Below, in pieces: positions 47,589-57,169 of a stretch of 64,000 nt of DNA. Source of the stretch: Rhizobiaceae bacterium (GTDB taxonomy: Bacteria > Pseudomonadota > Alphaproteobacteria > Rhizobiales > Rhizobiaceae); the NCBI GenBank assembly GCA_965230715.1, contig CBDDLK010000001.1, forward strand, positions 2,738,656-2,802,655. Reading direction: 5' to 3'. A program made the position numbers and the translations under genes. Position 1 is the stretch's first letter, and every line of letters begins with the position of its first letter. The notes beneath the pieces were generated by a model. The model made no database searches, was not told the origin of the DNA, and saw only the letters and a list, made by a program, of their open reading frames with translations.

Positions 47589-47926
47589 GAAAATTCTGCT
47601 TTCAAATCCATCTGAATAATGGGGGGATCAGAGGTACATAGCACATGTTACTTGTTTGAAGCAAAAATTGTTCGAAGGCGACAGACGAAGACTATCCTTC
47701 GAAGACGCAGAAGGAAAACTCCGGCGCATTTCCGGAAGGCCTTTCAATAGCCTGCCAATCAGCTCGGATCAGTACGGATCATTCCGGTACGCAAGAACAA
47801 TTCAGTCGGGAACACAGTTTCTGGCCCTTATTGGGCAATAAGCTTATGAAGCTTCGCGAAATACCTGAAAAAACCAGTGCTGCCTGAATTCGGAGATCCC
47901 GGGCGAGCAAGGCGAAGCCTTATGTC

Positions 47927-48601
47927 TCAAGTGCTTTGCGAAGCCCTTTGGGGGTCTTCTCCGGGTATGAGTTGCTCGCGGAATCGTGACAGGTAGCCGG
48001 CAATATGATCCTTGACATCGATACTCTCGGGCAAGATCAATAATTGATACATCGTTCCGAACATAAAGGAACTGTGCTGCAAGGCAAGCTGTCTGGCATC
48101 CACGTCCGACCGCAAATCGCCATCTTCAAGAGCCTCTTTCAACCACTTTGTCAAAGTGTCCTGTTGCAGTTTGAGCGTTGTCGTCATCCCATCACCGGAG
48201 TTGGTTCCGCTCCGGACTCGCTGAAATCGCAACAATTGTCCCACGCGATATTCGTCTGTGTCGCGTAACATGAAGTCTTCCCAAGCCTGAATACCTGAAA
48301 GGTATGCGTCTAGCCCACGCTTACCCCTTGTTGCCTTGTTAATTGTTGCCGCCCAGTCCTTCTGAAAACGTCGAAGCAATTCCTGGACAAGGTTCTCTTT
48401 GGACCCAAAACGGTAACTGGCCAAGCCCCGACTGTATCCGGCGAGCTCACCCACCTCTTTGAGGGTCATACCGTCAACGCCCTTTTCCAGAACCAACTTC
48501 GTCGCAGCCTTGAACATTGCGGCGTCGGATGTGGCAGTGCGCTCGGCCTGTGTACGTCTCGGTCGCTTGTTGGTGTTACTGTTCGCAGGCGTCATATTCA
48601 T
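47927..48601 (-). CDS. TetR-family transcriptional regulator
   Basis: The HTH is MTLKEVGELAGYSRGLASYRFGSKENL. Confidence 0.85.
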   Translation of the reverse strand: MNMTPANSNTNKRPRRTQAERTATSDAAMFKAATKLVLEKGVDGMTLKEVGELAGYSRGLASYRFGSKENLVQELLRRFQKDWAATINKATRGKRGLDAYLSGIQAWEDFMLRDTDEYRVGQLLRFQRVRSGTNSGDGMTTTLKLQQDTLTKWLKEALEDGDLRSDVDARQLALQHSSFMFGTMYQLLILPESIDVKDHIAGYLSRFREQLIPGEDPQRASQST

Positions 48602-48801
48602 TTTCTTCCATTCAGGTTACAACACACCACAGTTTCTTGTGTGCTGCAATCAAGTGCTTGAGTTGCACAACGTTACTCCGGTTCCGCGGGTCTCTTCTCC
48701 CACTGAACTACCTGGCTGCGATGCCCTGGTTTTTGAATGCCTACCCAATGGAGCTAGGTTGGCCAATAACAAACTTTTTCCATCGATGGCGACAACGCCG
48801 C

Positions 48802-48900
48802 TCAGACAGCTCTTTCGTCTCTCAGCAAGCCGAAATCGCTTTCAACATATCCCAATTCGGACAGAACTTCGTCGGTATGTTGCCCAGGCTTCGGTGGCGG
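48802..48900 (-). pseudogene. C-terminal remnant of a family III (CaiB/BaiF) CoA-transferase
   Basis: PPPKPGQHTDEVLSELGYVESDFGLLRDERAV-stop matches the characteristic C-terminal tail of this family. Nothing upstream of it is CaiB-like. Confidence 0.6.
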
Positions 48901-49282
48901 CGACGATGGCCCACAGCACTTCAGTCTCGGATGGATCATCACGCTCCGCTTCGGCCAGAATGGCGGGGGGAATGACGACAGACGGATGCCCAAAAGCACG
49001 CGCGTTTACATCGTCGAGATCGAGCACATGGCCCAGAGCGCCATGGATCAGAGCCGCATCCGCCTGATGTGCACGACGACCCAGATCGATGAGCGCGCAC
49101 CTGTAGTCCCCGTTGGGTATCGCTGACAATGTCTTGGCCGCCAAAGGTTCACGCGAACCGGCAATCGTCACAGAGAGATAATCCAGCAGGGCATGGCGAG
49201 CATGTTCCAGGCTTCGCGCGATCGCCTTGCCCGCATATATATCAAAGGCCAGTGCAGCCAGATATTTAGAAAAGGTCAACAT
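48842..49282 (-). pseudogene. N-terminal fragment of an MmgE/PrpD-family protein
   Basis: HARHALLDYLSVTIAGS...LIHGALGHVLDLDDVNARAFGHPSVVIPPAILAEAE matches the first 125 or so residues of 450-aa PrpD-family proteins. The frame then runs into the CoA-transferase remnant out of frame. Confidence 0.7.
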
Positions 49283-51044
49283 CGGTATCCATCACCGTTG
49301 CCGCACCAGCTTCGATAGCAATTGCATGGGCCTCAGCACGTGGAAATAAACGAGTCAGATAGAAACGTGCAGTATGCAGCTTTGCCTTGGCAAAGGCTTT
49401 ATCTTCGCAGGACAACGAAGCGACGGCCATGCGCACCCAAAGATAAGCAAAAACCGAATACCCGGTTAGCTGCAAGAAGTCGTTGGACGCACTGCCCACT
49501 TCGGCCGGGTCCTTTTGTATGCGTGGATTAAGGGAAACCAATGCAGCGCGCATCAAATCAGTTGCGCGTTCAAGCGGTTCGGCAAAATCCTGCGTTTCAG
49601 CATGGCATTTGGCGATTTCGGCCATTCCATCGATCTTGGCCAGCAGGGCATTGATGGCTGTGCCGTCGTCCATCGGCACCTTGCGGCCCAACAGATCCAT
49701 ACCTTGAATACCGTTCGCTCCCTCCCAGATCTGGTAGATCCGGGTGTCACGCACAAACTGTTCAATTCCGTGCTCTCGAATATAACCGTGCCCGCCGAAC
49801 ACCTGCTGAGCCAGAGTTGTGGCCTCAAAACCGGTATCGGTGATAAAAGCCTTCACCACGGGGGTCAGCAGATCCACCAACGCCTGACACTCGGCACGTT
49901 TTTCCGCGTCAGGATGCGCCCCAGCAAAGTCAATTTGCTGACCTATCCATGTCACCAGCGCCCGACTGGCTTCGGTGATGGATTTCATGTGCAAAAGCAT
50001 ACGGCGCACATCCGGGTGTACGATGATCGGATCCGCCGGACCATCAGGATTGGCCACACCGCGCACAGATCGTCCTTGCAACCGTTCCTGCGCATAGGCC
50101 AAGGCACCCTGATAGGCCCCTTCGGCCCCGGCGAGCCCACTCAACCCGGTCCCCACACGCGCACCGTTCATCATGGTGAACATGGTCTGCAATCCGCGAT
50201 GCGGCTGACCGATCATCTCACCAACGGCTCCGTCAAAATTCAACACGCAGGTCGCAGAGCCAGTCTGCCCCATTTTGTGTTCGATGGCGCCGCAATTGAC
50301 ATTGTTGTGCTCGCCCACTGTCCCGTCGTCATCGTTGATACGGTTTCGCGGCACAACGAACATGCTAATGCCTTTGACTCCGTCGGGGGCATCAGGCAAC
50401 CGGGCCAGAACCATATGCACGATATTGTCCGACAGGTCATGTTGACCTCCGGTTATAAATATCTTTTGACCGGTGATGGCATAGGTTCCATCGCCCAAAG
50501 GTTCAGCTCGCGTTCGCAGCATACCCAAATCCGAACCGCAATGCGCCTCGGTCAGACACATGGTGCCAGTCCAGTTTCCGGCTACCATCGACGGCAGGAA
50601 TTTTTTCTGAAGTTCGGGTGTGCCCCATTTTGTCAGCACATTGACAGTGCCCGAACTGAGATTTGGATAAGTGGAAAATGCAGCGTTCGACGAAATCATC
50701 ATCTCTTTAACAGCGAGACCCATCGACGGCGGCAGGCCCTGCCCACCGAACTCTTCTTTTGCCGCCAGCCCCGGCCAGCCGCCCTCGATATACGCTTTAT
50801 AGGCTTCTTTGAACCCATCAGGTGTGGTGACTTCGCCATTTTCAAACCGGCAACCCTGTTCATGGGCAGACAGGCGAATTGGGTCCATCACTTCTTCGGC
50901 CAGCTTGGCTGCCGCTTGCAGAATCTGATCATACAGTTCCGGCGTTGCGTCTTGCCAACGCTCGATCTGGGATAGCTCGACCCCGTCAAAAACATCGTAG
51001 TAACAGAACCTCATATCGTCCTGACGGGCGCGGTATTCGACCAT
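49266..51044 (-). CDS. acyl-CoA dehydrogenase, long form with C-terminal extension (about 592 aa)
   Basis: It has an MVEYRARQDDMRF-type N-terminus, CLTEAHCGSDL and GGHGYIRE. Confidence 0.9.
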   Translation of the reverse strand: MVEYRARQDDMRFCYYDVFDGVELSQIERWQDATPELYDQILQAAAKLAEEVMDPIRLSAHEQGCRFENGEVTTPDGFKEAYKAYIEGGWPGLAAKEEFGGQGLPPSMGLAVKEMMISSNAAFSTYPNLSSGTVNVLTKWGTPELQKKFLPSMVAGNWTGTMCLTEAHCGSDLGMLRTRAEPLGDGTYAITGQKIFITGGQHDLSDNIVHMVLARLPDAPDGVKGISMFVVPRNRINDDDGTVGEHNNVNCGAIEHKMGQTGSATCVLNFDGAVGEMIGQPHRGLQTMFTMMNGARVGTGLSGLAGAEGAYQGALAYAQERLQGRSVRGVANPDGPADPIIVHPDVRRMLLHMKSITEASRALVTWIGQQIDFAGAHPDAEKRAECQALVDLLTPVVKAFITDTGFEATTLAQQVFGGHGYIREHGIEQFVRDTRIYQIWEGANGIQGMDLLGRKVPMDDGTAINALLAKIDGMAEIAKCHAETQDFAEPLERATDLMRAALVSLNPRIQKDPAEVGSASNDFLQLTGYSVFAYLWVRMAVASLSCEDKAFAKAKLHTARFYLTRLFPRAEAHAIAIEAGAATVMDTDVDLF

Positions 51045-51088
51045 CCAGGTCACTCCTCCGAAATCTACCAGTCGCAACCTAGATCAGT

Positions 51089-51111
51089 AACTTGCTTTAC
51101 ACAAGTAAGTT
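51089..51111. promoter_or_regulatory. inverted repeat in the divergent ACAD promoter region (candidate TetR operator)
   Basis: AACTTGCTT-tacac-AAGTAAGTT also reads as ACTTG-N7-CAAGT. A related box occurs at 61150-61170. Confidence 0.4.
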
Positions 51112-51155
51112 TGCAACAATCGCACCGTATACGGATGAAATTTGGAGGAGCCCAC

Positions 51156-52322
51156 ATGATTCGGCGTCACATCTATGAAGAAGAACACGAGATGTTCCGC
51201 GAAGGTGTCCGGCGTTGGGTAGAAGACAACGTTCAACCCAAGTCTTTGGAATGGGCTGAAAAGGGTTGCGTGGATCGCGAGACCTGGCGCGCCGCCGGGT
51301 CGCAAGGATTTCTGTGCATGTGGGCACCCGAGGAATTTGGCGGCGCAGGCGTCGACGATTTTCGCTTCGATATGGTGCTTCAGGAAGAATTCACCAAACA
51401 TGATTCCGGCTTTTTCATACACCTGCACAACAGGATCGCAGGACCCTATGTGCGCCGGTTCGGAACTGACGATCAAAAGGCTCGGTTCTTACCCGGCATG
51501 GTTTCAGGTGATGTGATCACCGCTATTGCGTTAACGGAACCGGATGCAGGCTCGGACCTTGCGGGCATGAAGAGCTTTGCCGATGAACGGGACGATCATT
51601 GGGTTCTGAACGGCTCAAAAACCTATATCTCAAACGGCATTCTGTCGGATTTGATCATCGTGGCAGCGCGCACGTCCAGAGAAAAACGCGGGCAGGTAGG
51701 CCTGTTCCTGGTGGAACGCGACATGAAAGGATTCCGGCGCGGCCGAAACCTGGAAAAGATGGGACTACATGGTCAAGACACGGCCGAACTTTTCTTTGAC
51801 GATGTGGTCATCCCGAAAGAAAACGTTCTGGGCGACCCGACCCAAGGCTTCAAATACGTCATGCGCGGTCTGGCCGAGGAACGGCTGGTGGGGGCGCTCA
51901 AATACATCTCACGCGCTGAACGCGCCTTTGACATCACGATGGATTACATCCAGGAACGCAAAGCCTTTGGTCAGCCGATTGGCACCTTTCAGAACTCGCG
52001 CTTCACAATGGCCGATCTACGGACCAAGCTGAACGCGACCTGGGCCTTTGTCGATCATTGCGCGCGTGATCACTTGGCTGGAGAGCTTTCGGCGGAAATG
52101 GCCGCACAGATCAAGCTTATGACTTCCGAGGTTGAATGGGAAACTGTCGATGCCTGCCTGCAGTTGCATGGTGGTGCCGGCTACATGCAAGAATATGAAA
52201 TATGCCGGCTGTTCCAGGACGCCCGTATCTCGCGGATCTACGCCGGATCATCGGAAATAATGAAAGAGATAATCGGTCGCAACCTTGGGTTGGACGACCG
52301 TAAAGTGGCAGGAAAAAAATGA
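51156..52322 (+). CDS. acyl-CoA dehydrogenase (388 aa)
   Basis: It has ALTEPDAGSDL and GGAGYMQEY. GGAGGAG lies 5 nt before the ATG at 51156. Confidence 0.9.
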   Translation: MIRRHIYEEEHEMFREGVRRWVEDNVQPKSLEWAEKGCVDRETWRAAGSQGFLCMWAPEEFGGAGVDDFRFDMVLQEEFTKHDSGFFIHLHNRIAGPYVRRFGTDDQKARFLPGMVSGDVITAIALTEPDAGSDLAGMKSFADERDDHWVLNGSKTYISNGILSDLIIVAARTSREKRGQVGLFLVERDMKGFRRGRNLEKMGLHGQDTAELFFDDVVIPKENVLGDPTQGFKYVMRGLAEERLVGALKYISRAERAFDITMDYIQERKAFGQPIGTFQNSRFTMADLRTKLNATWAFVDHCARDHLAGELSAEMAAQIKLMTSEVEWETVDACLQLHGGAGYMQEYEICRLFQDARISRIYAGSSEIMKEIIGRNLGLDDRKVAGKK

Positions 52323-52830
52323 CCACGCCCGAAGAATTTGACTATATCGTGATAGGCGCCGGTTCAGCGGGCGCCACTTTGGCCAATCCAATGAAGAAAG
52401 TACTTCTGCTGGAGGCCGGCCTGAGGATTGTAATCCCTGGCTGCATGTGCCAGCGGGGATCAGCCGGGTTCTGGGCAATCCGAAAGTGGCCTGGCAGTTC
52501 CTTTCAGAACCCGAGGCAGGTATGAAGGGCCGCAAGGTCTATCACCCCCGCGGCCGGGCGCTTGGCGGAATATCAGCAATCAACAATATGGCCTATATCC
52601 GTGGCCACGCCTCCGATTATGATGACTGGCATCCGGCGTGCAACGTCGGTTGGGCTTGGGACGATGTCCTGCCCTATTGCCGCAAATCTGAAGGCAACCG
52701 TGAGTTTTCCAACGAGCATCATTCGGACAGCGGCGAGCTTGGCGTCACCCGTGCTGCGTTGGAGCATCCGGCCTCTCGCGCCTTTTTGGACGCGGTAATC
52801 GCCGCAGGCCTCCCGGCAAGGTTCACTCGC
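52319..52830 (+). pseudogene. frameshifted and 3'-truncated GMC oxidoreductase
   Basis: DYIVIGAGSAGATLAN...VLLLEAG is in one frame and PEDCNPWLHVPAGISRVLGNPKV...GRALGGISAINNMAYIRG continues in another, with the shift near 52417-52422. Similarity ends after about 170 residues of a family that is about 540 aa long. Confidence 0.8.
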
Positions 52831-52835
52831 GTGGG

Positions 52836-52898
52836 CCGAAACTGGGTAAGCACACCGACGAAGAACTTGCACAAGCGGGCTTTCAGACGCTCAAATAA
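52836..52898 (+). pseudogene. C-terminal remnant of a second family III CoA-transferase
   Basis: PKLGKHTDEELAQAGFQTLK-stop matches the CaiB-type tail. It is fused directly to the truncated GMC fragment. Confidence 0.5.
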
Positions 52899-52943
52899 AG
52901 GCCCTGCTGGGCTAATGCCGAACCAACATACAGGAGCAGGGAC

Positions 52944-53726
52944 ATGGAAGCATTCAAAACTATCGTCTACCGCGAAGACAGCGGGACCGCCCGGATCACT
53001 CTTAATCGACCAAAACAGCTCAATTCACTGAACGAACTCATGCGGCAGGAACTGCTTAACGCCCTGCGGTACGCGACCCTGTCCGCCGCGGTGCACGTGA
53101 TCGTTCTGGATGCAGCGGGTAACTCCTTTTGCGCCGGGGCGGACCTGCGCGAAGTGCCGCCTGAAGGGCAATGGGTTGAAGACCGTATCAACGCGGAATT
53201 CAAACCCTTTCTCATGGCCATCGAAAACGCGCCCAAACCGGTCATCGCTTCGGTGCGAGGGGCCGCTGCAGGCATCGGCGGGGCACTGATGATGGTCTGC
53301 GACCTCGCGGTGATGAGCGAAAATGCATATATCTATCAAGCGTTTTCCGCAATCGGGCTAATCCCCGACGGCGGAGCGAGCTGGCACCTTGCAAGAGCAC
53401 TTGGACCCAAAAAAGCCTATGAGGTCATTATGACAGGTGAGCGGATATATGCACAGGATTGCTTGGGCTATGGCCTTGTGAACCGTGTGGTCCCCGATGA
53501 TCAGTTGGAAGCGACAACAGAGGACCTGGTCAAGATACTTCTTTCCAAAGCACCTCTGTCAGCACGCTACACGAAAGAGGCGATACGCCGGGGCGCGACA
53601 CTGACTCTCTCTGAAGCGGTTTCACTTGAGGCGCAACTTCAGAATATTCCTCGGAGCAGTGCGGATTTCATCGAAGGTAAGACGGCGTTTCTGGAAAAAC
53701 GAAAACCTGTATGGTCAGGAAAATGA
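52944..53726 (+). CDS. enoyl-CoA hydratase/isomerase family
   Basis: It has FCAGADL and GAAAGIGGALMM segments. Confidence 0.88.
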   Translation: MEAFKTIVYREDSGTARITLNRPKQLNSLNELMRQELLNALRYATLSAAVHVIVLDAAGNSFCAGADLREVPPEGQWVEDRINAEFKPFLMAIENAPKPVIASVRGAAAGIGGALMMVCDLAVMSENAYIYQAFSAIGLIPDGGASWHLARALGPKKAYEVIMTGERIYAQDCLGYGLVNRVVPDDQLEATTEDLVKILLSKAPLSARYTKEAIRRGATLTLSEAVSLEAQLQNIPRSSADFIEGKTAFLEKRKPVWSGK

Positions 53727-53772
53727 TTTGCTAACCATACAAGTTCCAGGAAGAGCTGCGAGCCAAGCGCTA

Positions 53773-55326
53773 TCAGACAAGCTTGTTCTTGCTGCCTTCC
53801 CAGTAGATATCGCGTAGTAAGCGCTTAATCAGTTTGCCATTATTGTGCCGCGGAAGCGCTTCCTTAAAGTCTATGCTGCGTGGGCATTTGAGTTTGCTCA
53901 AATTCTCTTGGCAATACAGTATCAGTTCCTGTTCCAACGCGAACCCTGCTTCTGCCCAAGCTTCGGGTTGGATAACGGCCTTGACCTCTTCACCAAACTC
54001 TTCGTTGGGCACCCCAAAAACAGCAGCATCCGCCACCTTTGAATGCGTCGCCAAAAGGTTTTCGATTTCTTGAGGATAGATGTTGACGCCCCCTGAAACG
54101 ATCATGTTCGCCTTGCGATCGGTCAGAAACAAAAATCCTCTTTCGTTGACGTAACCTACGTCACCCATCGTCGACCATCCCTCTTTGGTCCGGGAGGCTT
54201 GGGTCTTTTCTGGGTCGTTGTGGTATTCGAAAATCGGCGCATTGGCGAAATAGATATCGCCAGCATTTTCCTCGCCAGGTGGCAGAACTTGCCCGTCTTC
54301 ATCCAAAATCCTGATTTCACCAAAAACAGCTCGACCGACAGTTCCCTTGTTCTCCAACCATTCCTCGCAGTTACAAACTGTGTGACCGCTGCCTTCGCTG
54401 CCACTGTAATATTCATAGAGAACCGGTCCCCACCAATCGATCATTGCCATTTTCACTGCCTTTGGGCATGGGGCCGCAGCATGAATGGCGCATCGCACGC
54501 TGGACAAATCGTAGCGTTCACGCACCGCGTCAGGCAAGCGCAGCAATCGGCTGAACATGGTCGGTACAAATTGGGCATGAGTCACTTTGTATTGCTCAAT
54601 CAGTCTAAGCGTCTCTTCGGAGTCGTATTTCTCCATGAGAATCACGGTTCCACCCAAACGCATGACGCCCAAACTGAAACGCAAAGGCGCTGCATGATAA
54701 AGAGGTGCCGTGTTGAGATAGATTGAGTCTGACGCCATGCAATAGCATTCCTGCATCAGCCCGACCAATCGAGGCGGCTCGTCAAAGGACGTACCGTCGT
54801 AGTCGGTTTTAATCCCCTTCGGGCGCCCAGTGGTGCCGGACGAATACAGCATATCGATCCCGCCGCTCTGATCCGCTATCGGCGACTTGGGAAGAGAACA
54901 AACCTGCGCTTCCCAAGCGTCTACGGACGTCGTTTCTTCATCGACAACGAACAGGTGAGTACAGTTTTCGACTTGGTCGAACACTGATTTTGCCACATCT
55001 GCCAGAGCGGCCGACGCTATAAGAACTTTGGCCCCGCTGTCGTAGGTAATAAACTCGGCTTCAGACGGTGTTAGATGGGTACTCATCGTTGTAAAGATCA
55101 ACCCTGCTCGCATGGCGCCAAAACAAATCTCCGGAAGGCGTGGCGAGTTGTGCATCAAAAGAGCGATGTGATCGCCACTTTTTAGCTCGAGATTCCGGAA
55201 CAAATGTGCTGCTTGATTCGACCGCTCTTCGAGCAGCCGATAAGTGACTGTTTCACCCGACCCCGCCATGACATAGGCGGGTTTGTCCGGGGTGCGCCTA
55301 GCATGATGATAGGGGTGCAGATTCAC
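53773..55326 (-). CDS. AMP-dependent acyl-CoA ligase
   Basis: It has the YSSGTTGRPKGI motif. Length is 517 aa. Confidence 0.9.
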   Translation of the reverse strand: MNLHPYHHARRTPDKPAYVMAGSGETVTYRLLEERSNQAAHLFRNLELKSGDHIALLMHNSPRLPEICFGAMRAGLIFTTMSTHLTPSEAEFITYDSGAKVLIASAALADVAKSVFDQVENCTHLFVVDEETTSVDAWEAQVCSLPKSPIADQSGGIDMLYSSGTTGRPKGIKTDYDGTSFDEPPRLVGLMQECYCMASDSIYLNTAPLYHAAPLRFSLGVMRLGGTVILMEKYDSEETLRLIEQYKVTHAQFVPTMFSRLLRLPDAVRERYDLSSVRCAIHAAAPCPKAVKMAMIDWWGPVLYEYYSGSEGSGHTVCNCEEWLENKGTVGRAVFGEIRILDEDGQVLPPGEENAGDIYFANAPIFEYHNDPEKTQASRTKEGWSTMGDVGYVNERGFLFLTDRKANMIVSGGVNIYPQEIENLLATHSKVADAAVFGVPNEEFGEEVKAVIQPEAWAEAGFALEQELILYCQENLSKLKCPRSIDFKEALPRHNNGKLIKRLLRDIYWEGSKNKLV

Positions 55327-55361
55327 CGTCCGCTCCCTCCCAAACTCCGTGCATCTACCGG

Positions 55362-56159
55362 TTATTGGCCAGAAAAACTAGGTTTGCGCTTTTCCATGAT
55401 GGCGCGAATCGCTTCCTGGTGATCGTCCAGCTGTTGCAGAACCCCTTGCATGACGGCGGCCATATCCAGGCTATCCTTCAGCCCGGTCCGTTGTGCCGCC
55501 AACATCAGCTGTTTGCCTTTTCGAACGGCCATTGGCGGATTGGCGACGACCTTGGCCGCCAACGCCTGGGCCGCATCAATCAGCGCTTCGGGCTCGACCA
55601 CATCGCTGACCAACCCCCAATCCAGGGCTTTCTCAGCCGAGATGCCATCTGCCGTGTACAGCATCTCTGCGGCCCGCGCATAACCAACAACACGCGGCAG
55701 GAACCAGGTGCCGCCATCGCCGGGAATGATCCCGACACGCAGAAAGCTTTCGGCAAAGACCGCGCGGGTCGACGCGATCCGCATGTCGCACATCGTCGCC
55801 AGATCGTTCCCGGCTCCGATGGCCGGGCCGTTTACCGCAGCAATCATCGGCACGCTGAGCCCCTCCATTGCCAAGGGGATCTTTTGAATTCCTTCAGCGT
55901 ACCAACGTTCGATCTGCGTCGGCGTCATGCCGTCGCGCGCGGTCATGTTACTGATCTCTTGCAGGTTGCCGCCCGATGAAAACGCTCTGCCGGCTCCGGT
56001 CACAATGGCGCAACTGATATTGCTGTCGGCTTCAATGTCGGCCAGAGCTTCAAGCAAACCAGAAACCACGTCTTCTGACAATGCGTTTCTGGTGTCATCA
56101 CGATTCAGGGTTATCGTGGCGACACGTTCGGATTTCTCGAGCAACACGGGATTGGTCAT
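55362..56159 (-). CDS. enoyl-CoA hydratase/isomerase family
   Basis: It has crotonase segments AFSSGGNL and GPAIGAGNDLA. Confidence 0.88.
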   Translation of the reverse strand: MTNPVLLEKSERVATITLNRDDTRNALSEDVVSGLLEALADIEADSNISCAIVTGAGRAFSSGGNLQEISNMTARDGMTPTQIERWYAEGIQKIPLAMEGLSVPMIAAVNGPAIGAGNDLATMCDMRIASTRAVFAESFLRVGIIPGDGGTWFLPRVVGYARAAEMLYTADGISAEKALDWGLVSDVVEPEALIDAAQALAAKVVANPPMAVRKGKQLMLAAQRTGLKDSLDMAAVMQGVLQQLDDHQEAIRAIMEKRKPSFSGQ

Positions 56160-56170
56160 GTCTTGTCCTT

Positions 56171-57169
56171 TTATCTAGAGACGTGGGGCCAGAGGCCGGT
56201 GGGCGGTGAAGCGGCGATTGTGCGTCCCAGATGGATTGCCCATTCCGACGCTGATCCATACTCATCCTGCCACTGCCACAATCGCCGGGTATAGCGACCA
56301 AGAACGTACTCCCGGGTGAACCCCATTGCACCGTGCGCCTGATGTGAGGCCGCAGCCACCCGTGTGGCGGCCTCGCCGCAACGGATCTTAGCCACCGCAA
56401 TGTCGCCCTGACAACCTTCGCCAAAGACCGGATCGGTGGCCATCGCATCAGCCATAAGGTCAACCGCGGCCGAACAGGCCGCCGTTTCACCAGCTATATC
56501 TGACAAGTGGTGCTGAATCGCCTGGAATTTCGCAAGAGGACGCCCGAATTGCTCCCGATCCTGCGTATAGTGTAACGTCAGGTCAAGAATGGCCTGCATG
56601 GCACCTGCCATGTATGCCGCGCGCGCGGCGGCGCCGATCGCCCGCCAGGAGGTGGCATTGTACGCGGTCGGCGCGCGCGCTTCGTCAAGCACCTCACAAA
56701 GAGACAGATCAACCTCTCCGAGCCGATCTTCAGCCTGGGCTATCTCTGTAATGGCGGCCTCTGGAATAGCAAGTAATTCCACCTTGTCCGCATCCAACCG
56801 AACAGCCTGACGGCAAATCCCTGCGAATGGGAGTTGGCCAGTCCCTGTAAGCACGCCGATCGGCCCTTCGGGCATCGCCATGCCGGCGGCAGACAAGACT
56901 GCCCCAGCAATGATTGTTTCACCCAGCGGCAAAGGCAGTGCGAAGCGCCCCGCCAATGTCAGCAAGGGTAAGGCATCCGCGAGAGAGGCCTCAGCGCCGC
57001 CTTGCGTCTCCGCACAGCAAAGGCGCGTGTATCCGTTTTCTTCCAAAGACCCCCACAGCGCTTGCGTTTGATCGTCATCCGCATCGGCGGCATCAATCAC
57101 ATCCAAGGGCGCGTCCTGCAAGATGCGCTCAAGCATGTCTTGTATCATTTCCAGATCATAACGGTCCAT
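56171..57169 (-). CDS. acyl-CoA dehydrogenase-like protein, short (332 aa) partner subunit
   Basis: The ACAD C-terminal helical domain is conserved (REQFGRPLAKFQAIQHHL, HGAMGFTREY). The N-terminal and middle domains are shortened or degenerate. Its ATG overlaps the upstream ACAD stop. Confidence 0.8.
   Translation of the reverse strand: MDRYDLEMIQDMLERILQDAPLDVIDAADADDDQTQALWGSLEENGYTRLCCAETQGGAEASLADALPLLTLAGRFALPLPLGETIIAGAVLSAAGMAMPEGPIGVLTGTGQLPFAGICRQAVRLDADKVELLAIPEAAITEIAQAEDRLGEVDLSLCEVLDEARAPTAYNATSWRAIGAAARAAYMAGAMQAILDLTLHYTQDREQFGRPLAKFQAIQHHLSDIAGETAACSAAVDLMADAMATDPVFGEGCQGDIAVAKIRCGEAATRVAAASHQAHGAMGFTREYVLGRYTRRLWQWQDEYGSASEWAIHLGRTIAASPPTGLWPHVSR

Noticed and set aside
49515-50975. 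A 486-aa plus-strand ORF.
   Set aside because: It lies entirely antisense to the well-supported 592-aa acyl-CoA dehydrogenase. Its product is Arg/His/Gly-rich and motif-free, which is typical of a shadow ORF.
49266-51044. The long ACADs (here and at 15328-16971) might be DmdC of the DMSP demethylation pathway.
   Set aside because: Only general family resemblance supports this. The window contains no DmdA-like aminomethyltransferase or other DMSP-specific gene, so the call would be a guess.
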